A stretch of DNA of 34,075 nucleotides from Octopus bimaculoides. Taxonomy: Eukaryota. A program made the translations under genes and the position numbers. Shown one piece after another: positions 23,350-34,075 of the stretch. The notes under the pieces are model-generated. The model had not been told where the DNA came from. It searched no databases and saw only the letters and a list, made by a program, of their open reading frames with translations. Within the stretch, counting starts at the first letter, position 1. The number at the start of each line of letters is the position of its first letter. The stretch spans positions 68,163,024-68,197,098 of the forward strand of contig NC_068987.1 in the NCBI RefSeq assembly GCF_001194135.2, read 5' to 3'.

Positions 23350-24545
23350 CTTTCATGTTTACATCAGAAAGTACGCTATAGGTGACGCATCGCTGATGGA
23401 TACCCATTCCTTTTCTTCCAAATGGTAAACGAGATTCTATAAATGGCGACATGGACAGTGATGAAAGCATAGTTGCTGGAGATACTGGACACTCTAAAGG
23501 TTATTCCCTTAAAGGTTTGTTACTCAAGAACGTTTGACTAATCTTGTTACAGACTTATCGATGCCTAAAGAGAAAACAGAGCTTCTCGCTTCAAGAGGTA
23601 ACTTGCTTAACTAAATGTGCATGGGAGTTACTATTGAAAATATAACATTAATTTGTAAAATATGATTTACAGCAGATGGTCAGCTCTGCTGTTGTATTAA
23701 CATCAAGGAACTCTTCACAAAGTTTTTCCGACTGGCGTAACATCTGAGTCTTGCTGTTTCATTACATCCTCTTACAAAAGCTGGAAAGCAATAATTCTGC
23801 GTAACGGTAAATTAAAATCATGTATCCCATTCACTACTTTGAACGCCTAGATGCAAAATTCATCATTATAAATTTTGATACAGATTTCATCAATGCAATA
23901 TCTTTGGATCGGACGATTTTTTTGGAGTACGGTAATAGATACGCAAACAATATTTACAAAGTACGTGCCTTTACGATAGTTGTCGTATCACAGATGCTTA
24001 TATTGAACGTGATTGGTCACAAACCCTAGGAAATAGAAGCGTCTTTTTATTTGATCCCAGTAAGATATTTCTCCAAATTTATACCAAATTTAATGACAAA
24101 AATATTTGTTAAAGAAATAGGTAAATGCACCAGTTTTAGTTCTTTATCGAAGCACTCCCAAATGGAGTGCAGCAATGTTAACGAAGACAATTTGTCGTTG
24201 CAGGAAATCAATGAGATTTTACACGATACAAATTTCAGCAAACCTTCAGCACATTACAATTAAAAGTTTGGTAGACTTCTACATGATTATGCGAAATTTC
24301 TAGAAAATGATGTCTTCACTTCATAGAAGATGAGTTGTGAACCTCTATGATGCCAACAGAGAAACGGAATATCGAAATACTTAAAAGATATACTTCATGC
24401 GTTATCATCTAGATTTGTGGCAGAAAATTTAGGTGAAGTAAGTAATAAGTAAGGAAATTGTTTTCATGAAAATATCCATGCAATAAAGAAATAAGACGGA
24501 TTTGGAATAAAAACATAAGGATTTATCTAACTGCATGGGATATCA
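23350..24545 (+). pseudogene. Chapaev3-like (CMC) DNA transposase pseudogene
   Basis: TQERLTNLVTDLSMPKEKTELLASR (cf. TQxELNDLVRDL..KAELLASR); FITSSYKSWKAIILRNG..IP (cf. FIDSSKxSLKAVLLHNG); PNLMTKIFVKEI (cf. LGLMKQFVKAL); LKIYFMRYHLD/FVAENLGEVSNK*GNCFHENI (cf. LKIHFLHSHLDFFPENLGAVSDEQGERFHQDI). Family name from memory of these motifs. Confidence 0.7.
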
Positions 24546-24885
24546 TGGAAACACAAAATAAGTTTATGAAATAAATTTATATCACTACATTTAACACCTT
24601 GTACAAAATACATTCTTCAAATACACTTACAAATAATTGAATGCCTGATATACAAATGAAATTGAGACTGAGTTTGTATGAATTAAACTAGTGTAAACAG
24701 TGTTTTCTTGATTCAGGCAATAACGAAATTTTTCAGAAAATGCTATTAATAAAAGTGAAAAGAAAAATTAAGAAAGCAAGGTTGTCATATTTCGAAAATT
24801 AGATGCGGTAGGGAAAAATTAAAGATAGATTCAGAATCAGGCACTACAACAAATCCAGAAAAAGCTAAAGCATCTCAAATGTTTG

Positions 24886-25069
24886 CGAGAGGTGTTCATT
24901 AACGACTTCCCCTGACCCATTTCCCAAAGACTGGGATAAACGAAACTTGGTATAACTATTAGTTCTTCTCAACATAGCCACCACCAAAGGTGACACACTT
25001 CTCCCATCGCTTTATGCAGCTACAATAACCGAAAGTGGGTCAGGGGAAATCTTTAATGAACACACTTTG
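24886..25069 (-). mobile_element. Mariner-derived MITE / internal deletion derivative
   Basis: 28-bp inverted repeats at 24892-24919 and 25036-25063 (26/28 match), TA at 25070-25071. The interior on the minus strand encodes KRWEKCVTFGGGYVEKN*, a mariner C-terminus (cf. RWEKCVELNGDYVE). Confidence 0.85.
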
Positions 25070-25104
25070 TATTCATATACATATACATACATTACACACA
25101 TACA

Positions 25105-25491
25105 GGTAAAAAGTTTGGTTTCCATCCACATGGCTCCAGGTTCAGTCGCACTGCATGGTACCTTAGTTGCTTATCTTCTACTACAGCCACAGGCTGCCAA
25201 TGTTTTGTGAGTAGATTTGGTAGACGGAAACTAAAAGAACTTCGTCCAGTATATGTGTGTGAGTGTGTGTACGTCTCTTTGTTTCTGTGCTTGTCTCTGT
25301 CACCGCTCGACAACCGTTGTTGGTGTAATTACGAACCCGTAACTTAGTGGTTCGGCAAAAGTTACCGATAGAATAAGTAGCTGGCTTAAAAGAGTAAGTA
25401 CTGGAGTCGATCAGGTCGATTAAGATTCTTCGTGGTGTCACAGTATTGCTACCATCTAGTGTCAGAAACATTTAAAAGATAAAAGATAAAA
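25105..25491 (+). mobile_element. Octopus-type tRNA-derived SINE (family A)
   Basis: GGTAAAAAGTTTGG..CCACATGGCTCCAGGTTCAGTCGCACTGC..TTGTGAGTAGATTTGGTAGACGGAAACT..CCCGTAACTTAGTGGTTCGGCAAAAG..CCGATAGAATAAGT; TAAAAGA-repeat tail; collinear with 11187-11553. Confidence 0.85.
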
Positions 25492-25526
25492 TAATGTACA
25501 TACATACATACATACCTACATACATA

Positions 25527-25923
25527 CCAGCGGATGTTAAGATAAAGCTGAAGATCAGATAACACCTATGCTGAACTATTGAAAAATCTGCAGTTATTCT
25601 ATCCGAATTACAAGTTCAGGTTTATACCTGTAATTATTGGGGTCGTAAGATATCTAAAATACTACCTAAATACCAACCTTTAGAAATTATGCTTCTCAAA
25701 ACCAGAAAGGAGAAAGCTAATTCGAGGACTACAGATCAAATCCATCACTGGAATTGTACAAATCTGTACATACATACATACATACATACATACATACATA
25801 CATACATACATACATAAATACATACATACCCTGTTGTTGATGTCGAAATCTCAATGAAGTGTCAAGGTTAGAAACCGACTCTTTCACTATAGACAAGATA
25901 TCTTGAAATGAGCTGAATAATAA
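25527..25923 (+). mobile_element. 5'-truncated Dong/R4-like LINE 3' end within (CATA)n
   Basis: PADVKIKLKI/NTYAELLKNLQLFYPNYKFRFIPVIIGVV..NTNL*KLCFSKPERRKLIRGLQIKSITGIVQIC resembles the C-terminus of a restriction-like endonuclease. CATA repeats at 25496-25526 and 25768-25828. 25830-25923 is a putative 3' UTR ending CTGAATAATAA-CATACAT (UTR assignment is from recalled octopus repeats). Confidence 0.65.
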
Positions 25924-26056
25924 CATACATATATGCATGACGCATATGTAAGCATTTATGCCTATATCTACGTTCCTTCCTCAGAGGAATAATCCTCAGA
26001 GGAATAATGAGTAATTAAAAGCAGAACATACATGCATATTTATATACATATACATG

Positions 26057-26107
<51 letters not shown>

Positions 26108-26937
26108 NNNNNNNNNNNNNNNNNNNNNNNNNNNNNNNNNNNNNNNNNNNNNNNNNNNNNNNNNNNNNNNNNNNNNNNNNNNNNNNNNNNNNNNNNNNNN
26201 NNNNNNNNNNNNNNNNNNNNNNNNNNNNNNNNNNNNNNNNNNNNNNNNNNNNNNNNNNNNNNNNNNNNNNNNNNNNNNNNNNNNNNNNNNNNNNNNNNNN
26301 NNNNNNNNNNNNNNNNNNNNNNNNNNNNNNNNNNNNNNNNNNNNNNNNNNNNNNNNNNNNNNNNNNNNNNNNNNNNNNNNNNNNNNNNNNNNNNNNNNNN
26401 NNNNNNNNNNNNNNNNNNNNNNNNNNNNNNNNNNNNNNNNNNNNNNNNNNNNNNNNNNNNNNNNNNNNNNNNNNNNNNNNNNNNNNNNNNNNNNNNNNNN
26501 NNNNNNNNNNNNNNNNNNNNNNNNNNNNNNNNNNNNNNNNNNNNNNNNNNNNNNNNNNNNNNNNNNNNNNNNNNNNNNNNNNNNNNNNNNNNNNNNNNNN
26601 NNNNNNNNNNNNNNNNNNNNNNNNNNNNNNNNNNNNNNNNNNNNNNNNNNNNNNNNNNNNNNNNNNNNNNNNNNNNNNNNNNNNNNNNNNNNNNNNNNNN
26701 NNNNNNNNNNNNNNNNNNNNNNNNNNNNNNNNNNNNNNNNNNNNNNNNNNNNNNNNNNNNNNNNNNNNNNNNNNNNNNNNNNNNNNNNNNNNNNNNNNNN
26801 NNNNNNNNNNNNNNNNNNNNNNNNNNNNNNNNNNNNNNNNNNNNNNNNNNNNNNNNNNNNNNNNNNNNNNNNNNNNNNNNNNNNNNNNNNNNNNNNNNNN
26901 NNNNNNNNNNNNNNNNNNNNNNNNNNNNNNNNNNNNN

Positions 26938-27227
26938 AAACCAGACAGTGTTTTTAAAAAACACCTACACAGATTGCACCTCTGATTTGCACTACCAATA
27001 CCTGCAAGTAAGTTCTGCTCATTGTGGATCCTAACATGTCTTTTAAGACCCCCATTGGATTTGCAAACCCTCTGGCACACACCACATTCAAACGTGTGCA
27101 CAGACATATAATCAGAATAGCTGGATGAGGTTTGTTTTCCATGGGCTCGCAGGTGAGATTTGAGGCCAGCCAAGGACAGACATGGTCTGTCACAGACTGT
27201 GCACACAAAAAGGTCCTTGTCATTCAT
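26938..27227 (-). other. Three tandem C2H2-type zinc fingers, truncated by a gap (probably a LINE ORF2 C-terminus)
   Basis: MNDKDLFVCTVCDRPCLSLAGLKSHLRAH..FECGVCQRVCKSNGGLKRHVRIH..QRCNLCRCFLKTLSG[gap]; no TGEKP linkers; upstream is (TATG)n. Confidence 0.7.
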
Positions 27228-27897
27228 ACATACATATGTATCTATATAAATGCATATATAAACATATACATACATACGTAGAATGCAAACATTCATACAC
27301 ACATTCACGCATAAGGACATGCATATATGCACATATGCATACATACATGCATATGTGCATACATGCATACATCCATACATATATACACACATACATACGA
27401 AGTATGAGGACATCTCATACAGCTGAGTATGCAGACAATTTCATGGGATCATGATAGTAAGGTTATGTTGTTGCAATAATAACAGTTCATTACTCACACA
27501 CGGACAAATGAAGACATGCATATATTTGAATTGTCGCTTGCGCATATGAATACGTGCGTTCGTGTGTTTGGGAATGTATTGATATACGAATATTTACAAG
27601 GAAACTAGAACAAGTAAGCTTCTGCCTTTTGATCAGTCATCCTACCCGTTCTCTCTTCTTTTCTTTTTTTTCTCTCTCTCTCTGTTCTCATGTTCTTCAT
27701 TTGTCCCCTATCCCCATCTGTTATACTCTAAACAAAAGTCTGGAACTTAAATTGGTTTTGACATTTGAAATAATATATTTTGATTTGCATTTACATGATA
27801 CCTTTTCATTTTTTTCGTTATTTTTTTTTTTTTCAATCACTGCCTAAGGACAAAAAAAAAACTTTTTTGATATCAGCAGCGTCAGTGATGATGACAA

Positions 27898-27904
27898 TGA
27901 TAAT

Positions 27905-27989
<85 letters not shown>

Positions 27990-27998
27990 CTGATGATG
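27898..27998. repeat. (AAT)n-(GAT)n compound trinucleotide repeat
   Basis: Directly visible. Confidence 0.9.
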
Positions 27999-28250
27999 AT
28001 CGTTGTAATTTCAGGAAGAATACAATAATAAAACCAGTTGGAGCAACAAACTGCTCTATGAATGACATGTGACACCGACAAACATCGATAATAAAATTAA
28101 TTTATTTTTTGAAATGGCATTAACAACGATAACAACAGTAGCAGTATGAAGCAGAACATATATCACGGTATTGACAACAACACAATTTTCAAATGAAATA
28201 CAAACACAGGAACGTTAACTACCAATGCAACTATCATGATAGACATTCTC

Positions 28251-28251
<1 letters not shown>

Positions 28252-28339
<88 letters not shown>

Positions 28340-28378
28340 NNNNNNNNNNNNNNNNNNNNNNNNNNNNNNNNNNNNNNN

Positions 28379-28473
<95 letters not shown>
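28252..28473. repeat. (AAT)n - gap - (ATT)n microsatellite
   Basis: Directly visible; N-gap at 28340-28378. Confidence 0.9.
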
Positions 28474-28474
<1 letters not shown>

Positions 28475-28600
28475 TTTATTCAGTAGTTTTATTTTTATAA
28501 CGTGCTTTCACTTCACTACCGAGCGCAGCTCTGTGTGCCTTGGGTATGTGCTGTGGTTTGCTGTGATGCTCTTCTGGTTACTGTATTGAAAGTGTTTTGC

Positions 28601-28602
<2 letters not shown>
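28474..28602 (-). mobile_element. Extremely 5'-truncated Dong/R4-like LINE 3' end within (TAA)n
   Basis: Minus strand: (AAT)n-A-CGCAAAACACTTTCAATACAGTAA (RKTLSIQ*), a ~100-nt UTR, then AAAACTACTGAATAAAAATAAT(AAT)n; ATT arrays on both sides (28379-28473, 28603-28663). Confidence 0.7.
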
Positions 28603-28663
<61 letters not shown>

Positions 28664-28665
<2 letters not shown>

Positions 28666-28890
28666 GCCGCAGCAGATGAATCTTGGTTACAGCAGAAGAA
28701 TGAGGATATAAGAAAGAAATGGAGGGATTTATGACGACTGGTGAAAGCCAGTTTTTGCGGGCGAATGTCTTCAAGGCAAAAACAGGTAAAATTTTGAAAA
28801 GTGCAGAGTTCAGAGTGTGTAATGAGAAAGACAAATTCTTTATAGACAAAATATGTTCCTGCAATCCATTGCTACAGAAGGAGTGTGGGT
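28664..28890 (+). mobile_element. Dong/R4-like LINE fragment (zinc-knuckle region)
   Basis: DESWLQQK../EMEGFMTTGESQFLRANVFKAKTGKILKSAEFRVCNEKD..DKICSCNPLLQKE resembles TEGFxxAAQDQALRTN..KID..CRxCxxKxET..HI.S.C..LAQ.EY. Confidence 0.55.
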
Positions 28891-28927
28891 AAAAAGTAAA
28901 GTTATCTTCTCGAGTCATATCGATTCA

Positions 28928-29002
28928 TAAGGGCTGGTTTCCCGGTTTCATGGCGTATATATTCCCCCGCCTGGACGGGAGGCCGGTCCGTCGCAGGATT
29001 AC
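28928..29002 (+). mobile_element. SINE-like fragment
   Basis: GGGCTGGTTTCCCGGTTTCATGGCGTA..CCTGGACGGGAGGCCGGTCCGTCGCAGGATTAC resembles a recalled mollusc/fish SINE segment. Confidence 0.4.
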
Positions 29003-29099
29003 GGCAAGATGATTTAAAGTAAGAAAATGATACCGACATCAACCAGAGAGTGTAATAGAGAAAGATTAGTTAACTTCGAGTATGCAGCCAGATATCATC

Positions 29100-29275
29100 A
29101 TTCTAGCTGACCCGATCAACGAAATATCCTTCTCGTGAAAGTAACGTGCAAATGGTTGAGCACTCCACTGACATAGTACCCTTAACGTAATTCTCTCAAA
29201 AAGATTCAGTGTGGCACAATGTGGCAAGACTGGCCCTTTGAAATACAGGTGCTACTTATCTTTGACAACTGATAG
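29100..29275 (-). mobile_element. SINE fragment (family C)
   Basis: GATCAACG..CTCGTGAAAGTAACGTGCAAATGGTTGAGCACTCCAC..TACCCTTAACGTA..GGCCCTTTGAAATACAGGT matches a recalled octopus SINE body. Confidence 0.5.
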
Positions 29276-29479
29276 CGATCAAAGAACAGGAGAAATAGTG
29301 GGGGAAAAATAACAGGATTTGATTAGGGAAATGCTAAGGCAGTAGAGGGTTTCTACAAAAGTATTGGGAAAACAAAGTATTGTATGATAGATCCAAGATA
29401 TCTAAGGAAACAGGTTATGATCCAGTATCAAGGACATTGATTTCAATTGTAACACAAGTTTGCATTCCGCGAGTTATAA

Positions 29480-29686
29480 TGGTTTCAAATTTTTGCACAA
29501 GGCAGACATGTTTTTAAGGGGGTGACGAAGTTGACTGCGTCGACCCAAATACTTGACTGATACTTATTTTATCAACCCGAAAGGATGAAAGGTTACGTCG
29601 ACCTCTGCGGAATTTGAGCTTAGAACATAAAGTACCGGAAGAAATAGCGCTAAACATTTTCCTCGATGCAGTAACGATTCTACAAG
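29480..29686 (-). mobile_element. tRNA-derived SINE (family B)
   Basis: GGTTTCAAATTTTTGCACAAGG..CGACCC..TGATACTTATTTTATCAACCCGAAAGGATGAAAGG..GTCGACCTCTGCGGAATTTGAGCTTAGAAC..AACGATTCT; homologous to 5730-5913. Confidence 0.8.
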
Positions 29687-30639
29687 TTAATCATCATCTT
29701 CAACAGCAATATCCTCATCATCATCACTAAAGTAAATAGCTGAAACACTGGCATTAACCAGCCCCCACTACTATTGCTATAAGAGTCATGTTAAGCACAT
29801 GTAGCATCTTCGCAGTCTTTCGATCAGCTAAAAATGCCATCCACATATGTCTCTAACCACACCCATATCGTCTTATCTAAAGGATACAATGGATATTGCA
29901 ATCTTTGGTGTATTGTTGGATGGTCATAGTGAGAATACTTTTTGATAATAAAGCAATGATGGATCATTTAATGCTCAACAGCAACATCTAATTATGAATT
30001 GCTTCATTTGCCACAAGGACAATGAACGAGAAACCAAAATTATGGCAAAAAATTATAAAAGAAAACATCATAGGAGAGTGAGATCTATGTTGTGTATAAA
30101 TCAAGGAAGGCTACAGAGCTAGAATCTATTACAGGTACACCCTACAGCTGCATTCTCCGGTTTAGAGAGGCACGCTCAAATGGGTTTATTTTTATTTGCT
30201 TAAGACATTCTCATCACTCTCTTTAAAGTTAGCGTAAATTCTCAGGAAGCAGATCATGCCACCTCTTCCTTATATTTGAGCGCACATTCCAATCTCGTTA
30301 CACTAGTCAAGCGATAATAGATTTCGTAGGTGATATAAGCAATCACCACCGCATTTCTACTTTTCTGTGACTGATTTCGCCTAGGCTATTTCTGAGAGAA
30401 ATTTCCAACCTCGAATAAGAGGAGGAGTTTATCAATAAGAATATATTCATATAAATAAATAACCAGAAAAACTAATTAGATCTTAAAAGGCATGCACCAA
30501 ATTCTAAATTTTCATTTCTCTTTTATATAAATATATTTATGCAGATCATCAATATAATAAATATTTATGGAGAGCACCAGTATAATAGATTCCTATCTGG
30601 CACAGGAAATGAAAAAAATACGCCGTGCTCTTCACTCTG

Positions 30640-31090
30640 ATGAACAATAAGAGCAACACGGAGTTCATCAGTTTCTTGAAAGCTGGTGGAGTAGTGAAAG
30701 AATAGGATGTGTTATCCCTGGTTAAGAGAGTGAATCGTTCCCAGAAGGTCAGACAACGTTAAAATGCTAAGTTCAAATCATCGCCCCTGACTCGATAGCG
30801 TCATGCGTGCAGCTGAATATGGTACACACTACATTAGGAAGAGTGGTACACAAGCAGGACCTAGGAGAATCATGTGGCCTCTGTGCTCTCCTGATTTGAA
30901 TTCTTTGGAGAGCTGCCTGTATGGTAGCGGAGGGGAGCACTGCTCTGGCAGTTTTAGCAATGGTTTTGTTTTTACTGGCGATGTCTCAGCTGCTTGGTAG
31001 TGCAAACCTTTGCTGCAGGTGGTATTTGTAATGTCGTTGTAAAGACATTCCAAACATAACCATATGAAATTTATTCCAAAGTGTGTATTT
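30640..31090 (+). mobile_element. Possible very decayed Tc1/mariner-type remnant
   Basis: Only MWPLCSPDLNSLESCL (cf. WPPxSPDLNPLD/IE) is recognisable. Confidence 0.3.
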
Positions 31091-31499
31091 CCCCCCCCCC
31101 TTTTTTAATATGATAGGTTGGAATTTGTATGAGATCTAACTGCTTTTCTAGCACGTGGGGCGACTATAGACATACTATTTTATAGGGCAGTTGTTTCTGG
31201 GGTTACCAATGATTAGTTGGTAGGTTAATTCTGCCTTCTGCTACGTAAATTATTAATCAGGGCACAAATGCTGAGCTGTAATATCACCGTACGTAATAAC
31301 TACATCATGTTTAAATAACGTACCATTTTTTTTCAATTTTCAGAGAAAATTCAAACTCTAAAATCTTGTTTCTCATTTAAAATTGTAATCTTACTGATAT
31401 ATATATATATATATTTTGTTAATTTAAAAGATTAAAATTCTAAAAAAATTGTTTTAGTATTAACAATTTGCTTGGGTCATCTAAGGTAAGTTTTTGTAC

Positions 31500-32225
31500 A
31501 GTGTCCCAGTCAATTCCCATCTACGCAAGGCCACGATCCTGAATCACCGATACTATGTGGCATACGGCTGACCAACACGAGCTGTCACTACAAGCGGATC
31601 CTCAGAAAGAGAGAGTAGATGATACGCGGGACCTAAGTTATAAAATTGAGTAACATTACCAAACAGTCTGATGGAACGCTCCAGAGTCATACATGTAACA
31701 TGACGTATCCCAGTGTAGTCGTTGGTTGAATGCGAACTCGGACTAATGGTAGCCCATTCTCCGGCGAATCTTTCTCGTACCATAGAATTTCTGGAAGGTC
31801 TTCACGGCCCCGAACAGTGTCCGAGACTCGTAACTATAGCGCAAGACAGAACAGAGAAGACCAGAGACCTGAAAACCTGAAAACCCGAAACTTTATCCTC
31901 TTGTTTAGATATCGGCAGCGTGAAATACTCTTACCCAGTGCGTCCATTATCTGCACTAGCACGTTCAAGTCTTTTTAGAATTTCAGATTCGCAGTTAATG
32001 GTGCTAAGGATCATATTGTCTAAATAAGTGAATTAGTCAATAACTTTGATATTCTCACTCGCAACAGAGACAGACAAGATGGAGTCTCGGGAAGTTAACA
32101 AAAGACTGAATCTTTGCTTTGGCGCAAGAAACTCTAAGACCAAGCGCTTCCGCTTTCTCATTGAGCGTGAAAAGAGCACACTTTAAGCGATCCAGAGATC
32201 TAGCAAGGATAACCGCAACGAGAAC
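31500..32225 (-). mobile_element. RTE-clade LINE, degenerate ORF2 3' fragment
   Basis: AVILARSLDRLKCALFTLNEKAEALGLRVSCAKAKIQSF; VASENIKVID*FTYL; CESEILKRLERA; TGIRHVTCMTLERSIRLFGNV..DPAYHLLSLSEDP; stops and frameshifts. Confidence 0.85.
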
Positions 32226-32960
32226 AATAAGAAAAAGGTGAGAAAAGAAATAAGATAGCGTAAGTGAGGAATACAGCTATCGGTCAGTGGCAAACCAAAC
32301 AATAAAGAAACAACGCCACATTAAATAACAAATAAATCAACACCAATGAAAAGAAGAAGAATAATGAAATTTTAAAAAGCAGGAGAAATATAGGCATAAA
32401 AAAAAAACGAAACCGCGAATCACGAACTTTGACAAGAACAACAAATAAAAAGAAGAACAGCATCAATACTAATAAGAACGACCAGAGGCAATAACTGCAA
32501 CACAATCAGTTGCTGCAATGGAACACGGAGAATGAACGCTAGCAACGTCAGCATTAGGGGCAATGACACTAACGTCAACAGCATGAACAACAGCCGCAGC
32601 GCCAACGGTAGCACAATTCCACAATTACAATACCACAAACAGCGAACAATAGCAAGAACAATAATAAAAAACTACAAAAACAACTGTATTAGAATACCTT
32701 CAATGACAGCACCAACAACCACAACGTTACTAACAAAAAGTATATACAAACAAAACAAAAAAAAAGAAACAACAGTAAGAACCACGACGGCTATGACAGC
32801 GGACGTTGGTGGTGTCGACGTCGATGGCAAAACAAGCTGTCAAAAGAACTGAAGAATTATATATGAAAAATAACAAAAAGACATAACAAAAAAAAAACTG
32901 CAACAAAAAAGACAAAAGAATCAAACAAACAAAAGGGAAAAGAAAAATCTCAGACAAATA
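32225..32960. repeat. A-rich / degenerate (AAC, AGC) low-complexity region
   Basis: Strong strand bias toward A with AAC/CAA/GCA triplets; no coherent ORF. Confidence 0.7.
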
Positions 32961-33099
32961 GTAACATGAATGAGGCTGTCAGTCAACAAGCCAGCCATTG
33001 ACATTCTCAGCAAGCAGTCGGATGCACTCAAGCGTGCATAACAAATGTACCATATATGCTAGTGCTCCGCAGCATATACCGTGAGAGAGTACTTATGTC

Positions 33100-33333
33100 C
33101 ATACATATCCACGTATGTATGTATGTAAGTATGTATGTATGTATGTATGTGTGTATGTATGTGTGTGTGTATGTTTGCATGTATGCATGCATGTACACAC
33201 ATCAGTGATACATATGCATGCATATATGTGTGTGCTTCCGACTGTATATTTCACGTGTGGCTCTTTGTAAGCACGTTTACGGACATTTTCTCTGCATCTC
33301 TCTCGAACTACTTTTATCTCTCTTTCTCTTTGA

Positions 33334-33381
<48 letters not shown>

Positions 33382-33756
33382 ATACACATATATACGTACC
33401 TATGTATAGATATATAAGGAAAGAGGAATGCATACACACACACATATATTTACTCTCACCCATAAATACGTATGGATATATATATGTCTGTGTATTTCTC
33501 TGTGTGCGCATGTACTTATATGAATAATACGCTTGTATGTGGACATGTATATGTGTAGTTTATATATATATAATGTAAACATACGCACTTACGCATATAC
33601 ATATGCATACGTTTAAATATATAGATTCATTTATATATTTATGTGTGTGTGTGTGTGTGTGTGTGTATGCGTGTGTGTGTATATATGTATGTATATATAT
33701 ATGCATATATATATAAACACATAATTATGTATATATATATATATTCTGTTTTACTC

Positions 33757-33788
<32 letters not shown>

Positions 33789-33800
33789 ATCATAAATATA
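33100..33800. repeat. (TATG)n/(TG)n/(TA)n low-complexity tract
   Basis: Directly visible. Confidence 0.85.
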
Positions 33801-34075
33801 TAGGGATTGACAGTAACCTGCTTCTCCAACATACTGAGAATTCAGAAATAGCAGTCAAAGAACTACTAATTTCAAAACTACAAATTATTACTCCAGATTG
33901 ATAGCGATATTTTTGATACACACAGAACAAAAAACAGTAGAGAAGAGTTAAAAAACCACCTGCCTTTAGTTAATTTAGTACGATCGTTTCACAGTTAAGA
34001 GTAAAGAATACTCTATTCTGATCTTCAGCTAAATATTCTAATAAATTTGTTAATGTCTAAATAACTCACGTTAAT

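Noticed and set aside
28252-28473. (AAT)n and (ATT)n facing each other as a large palindrome
   Set aside because: The switch lies inside an N-gap, so contig orientation or intervening sequence is unknown.
32284-32957. Hydrophobic membrane-like ORFs on the minus strand
   Set aside because: Translation of T-rich (A-rich on plus) low-complexity sequence.

Overview
Eukaryotic, AT-rich, repeat-dominated genomic DNA with ten N-gaps, nearly all next to microsatellites. The SINE and LINE families look like those I recall from octopus/coleoid genomes (inference, not searched). I cannot support any intact host protein-coding gene. The window holds decayed transposable elements: a Tc1-type element with probable DD36E spacing, piggyBac, mariner, Chapaev3-like, a mariner-derived MITE, two RTE LINE fragments, four Dong/R4-like LINE fragments, several tRNA-derived SINEs and a three-finger C2H2 fragment. 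The most unusual feature is a ~1.4 kb non-coding array (17680-19061) of about 51 copies of a 21-bp core, ACTTCCTGGAAAGTTCCGAGG, separated by short variable spacers. Each core overlaps ETS, STAT and NF-kB-like motifs. Two 5'-truncated Dong/R4-like LINEs sit inside different microsatellites, (TAA)n and (CATA)n, suggesting two target specificities.
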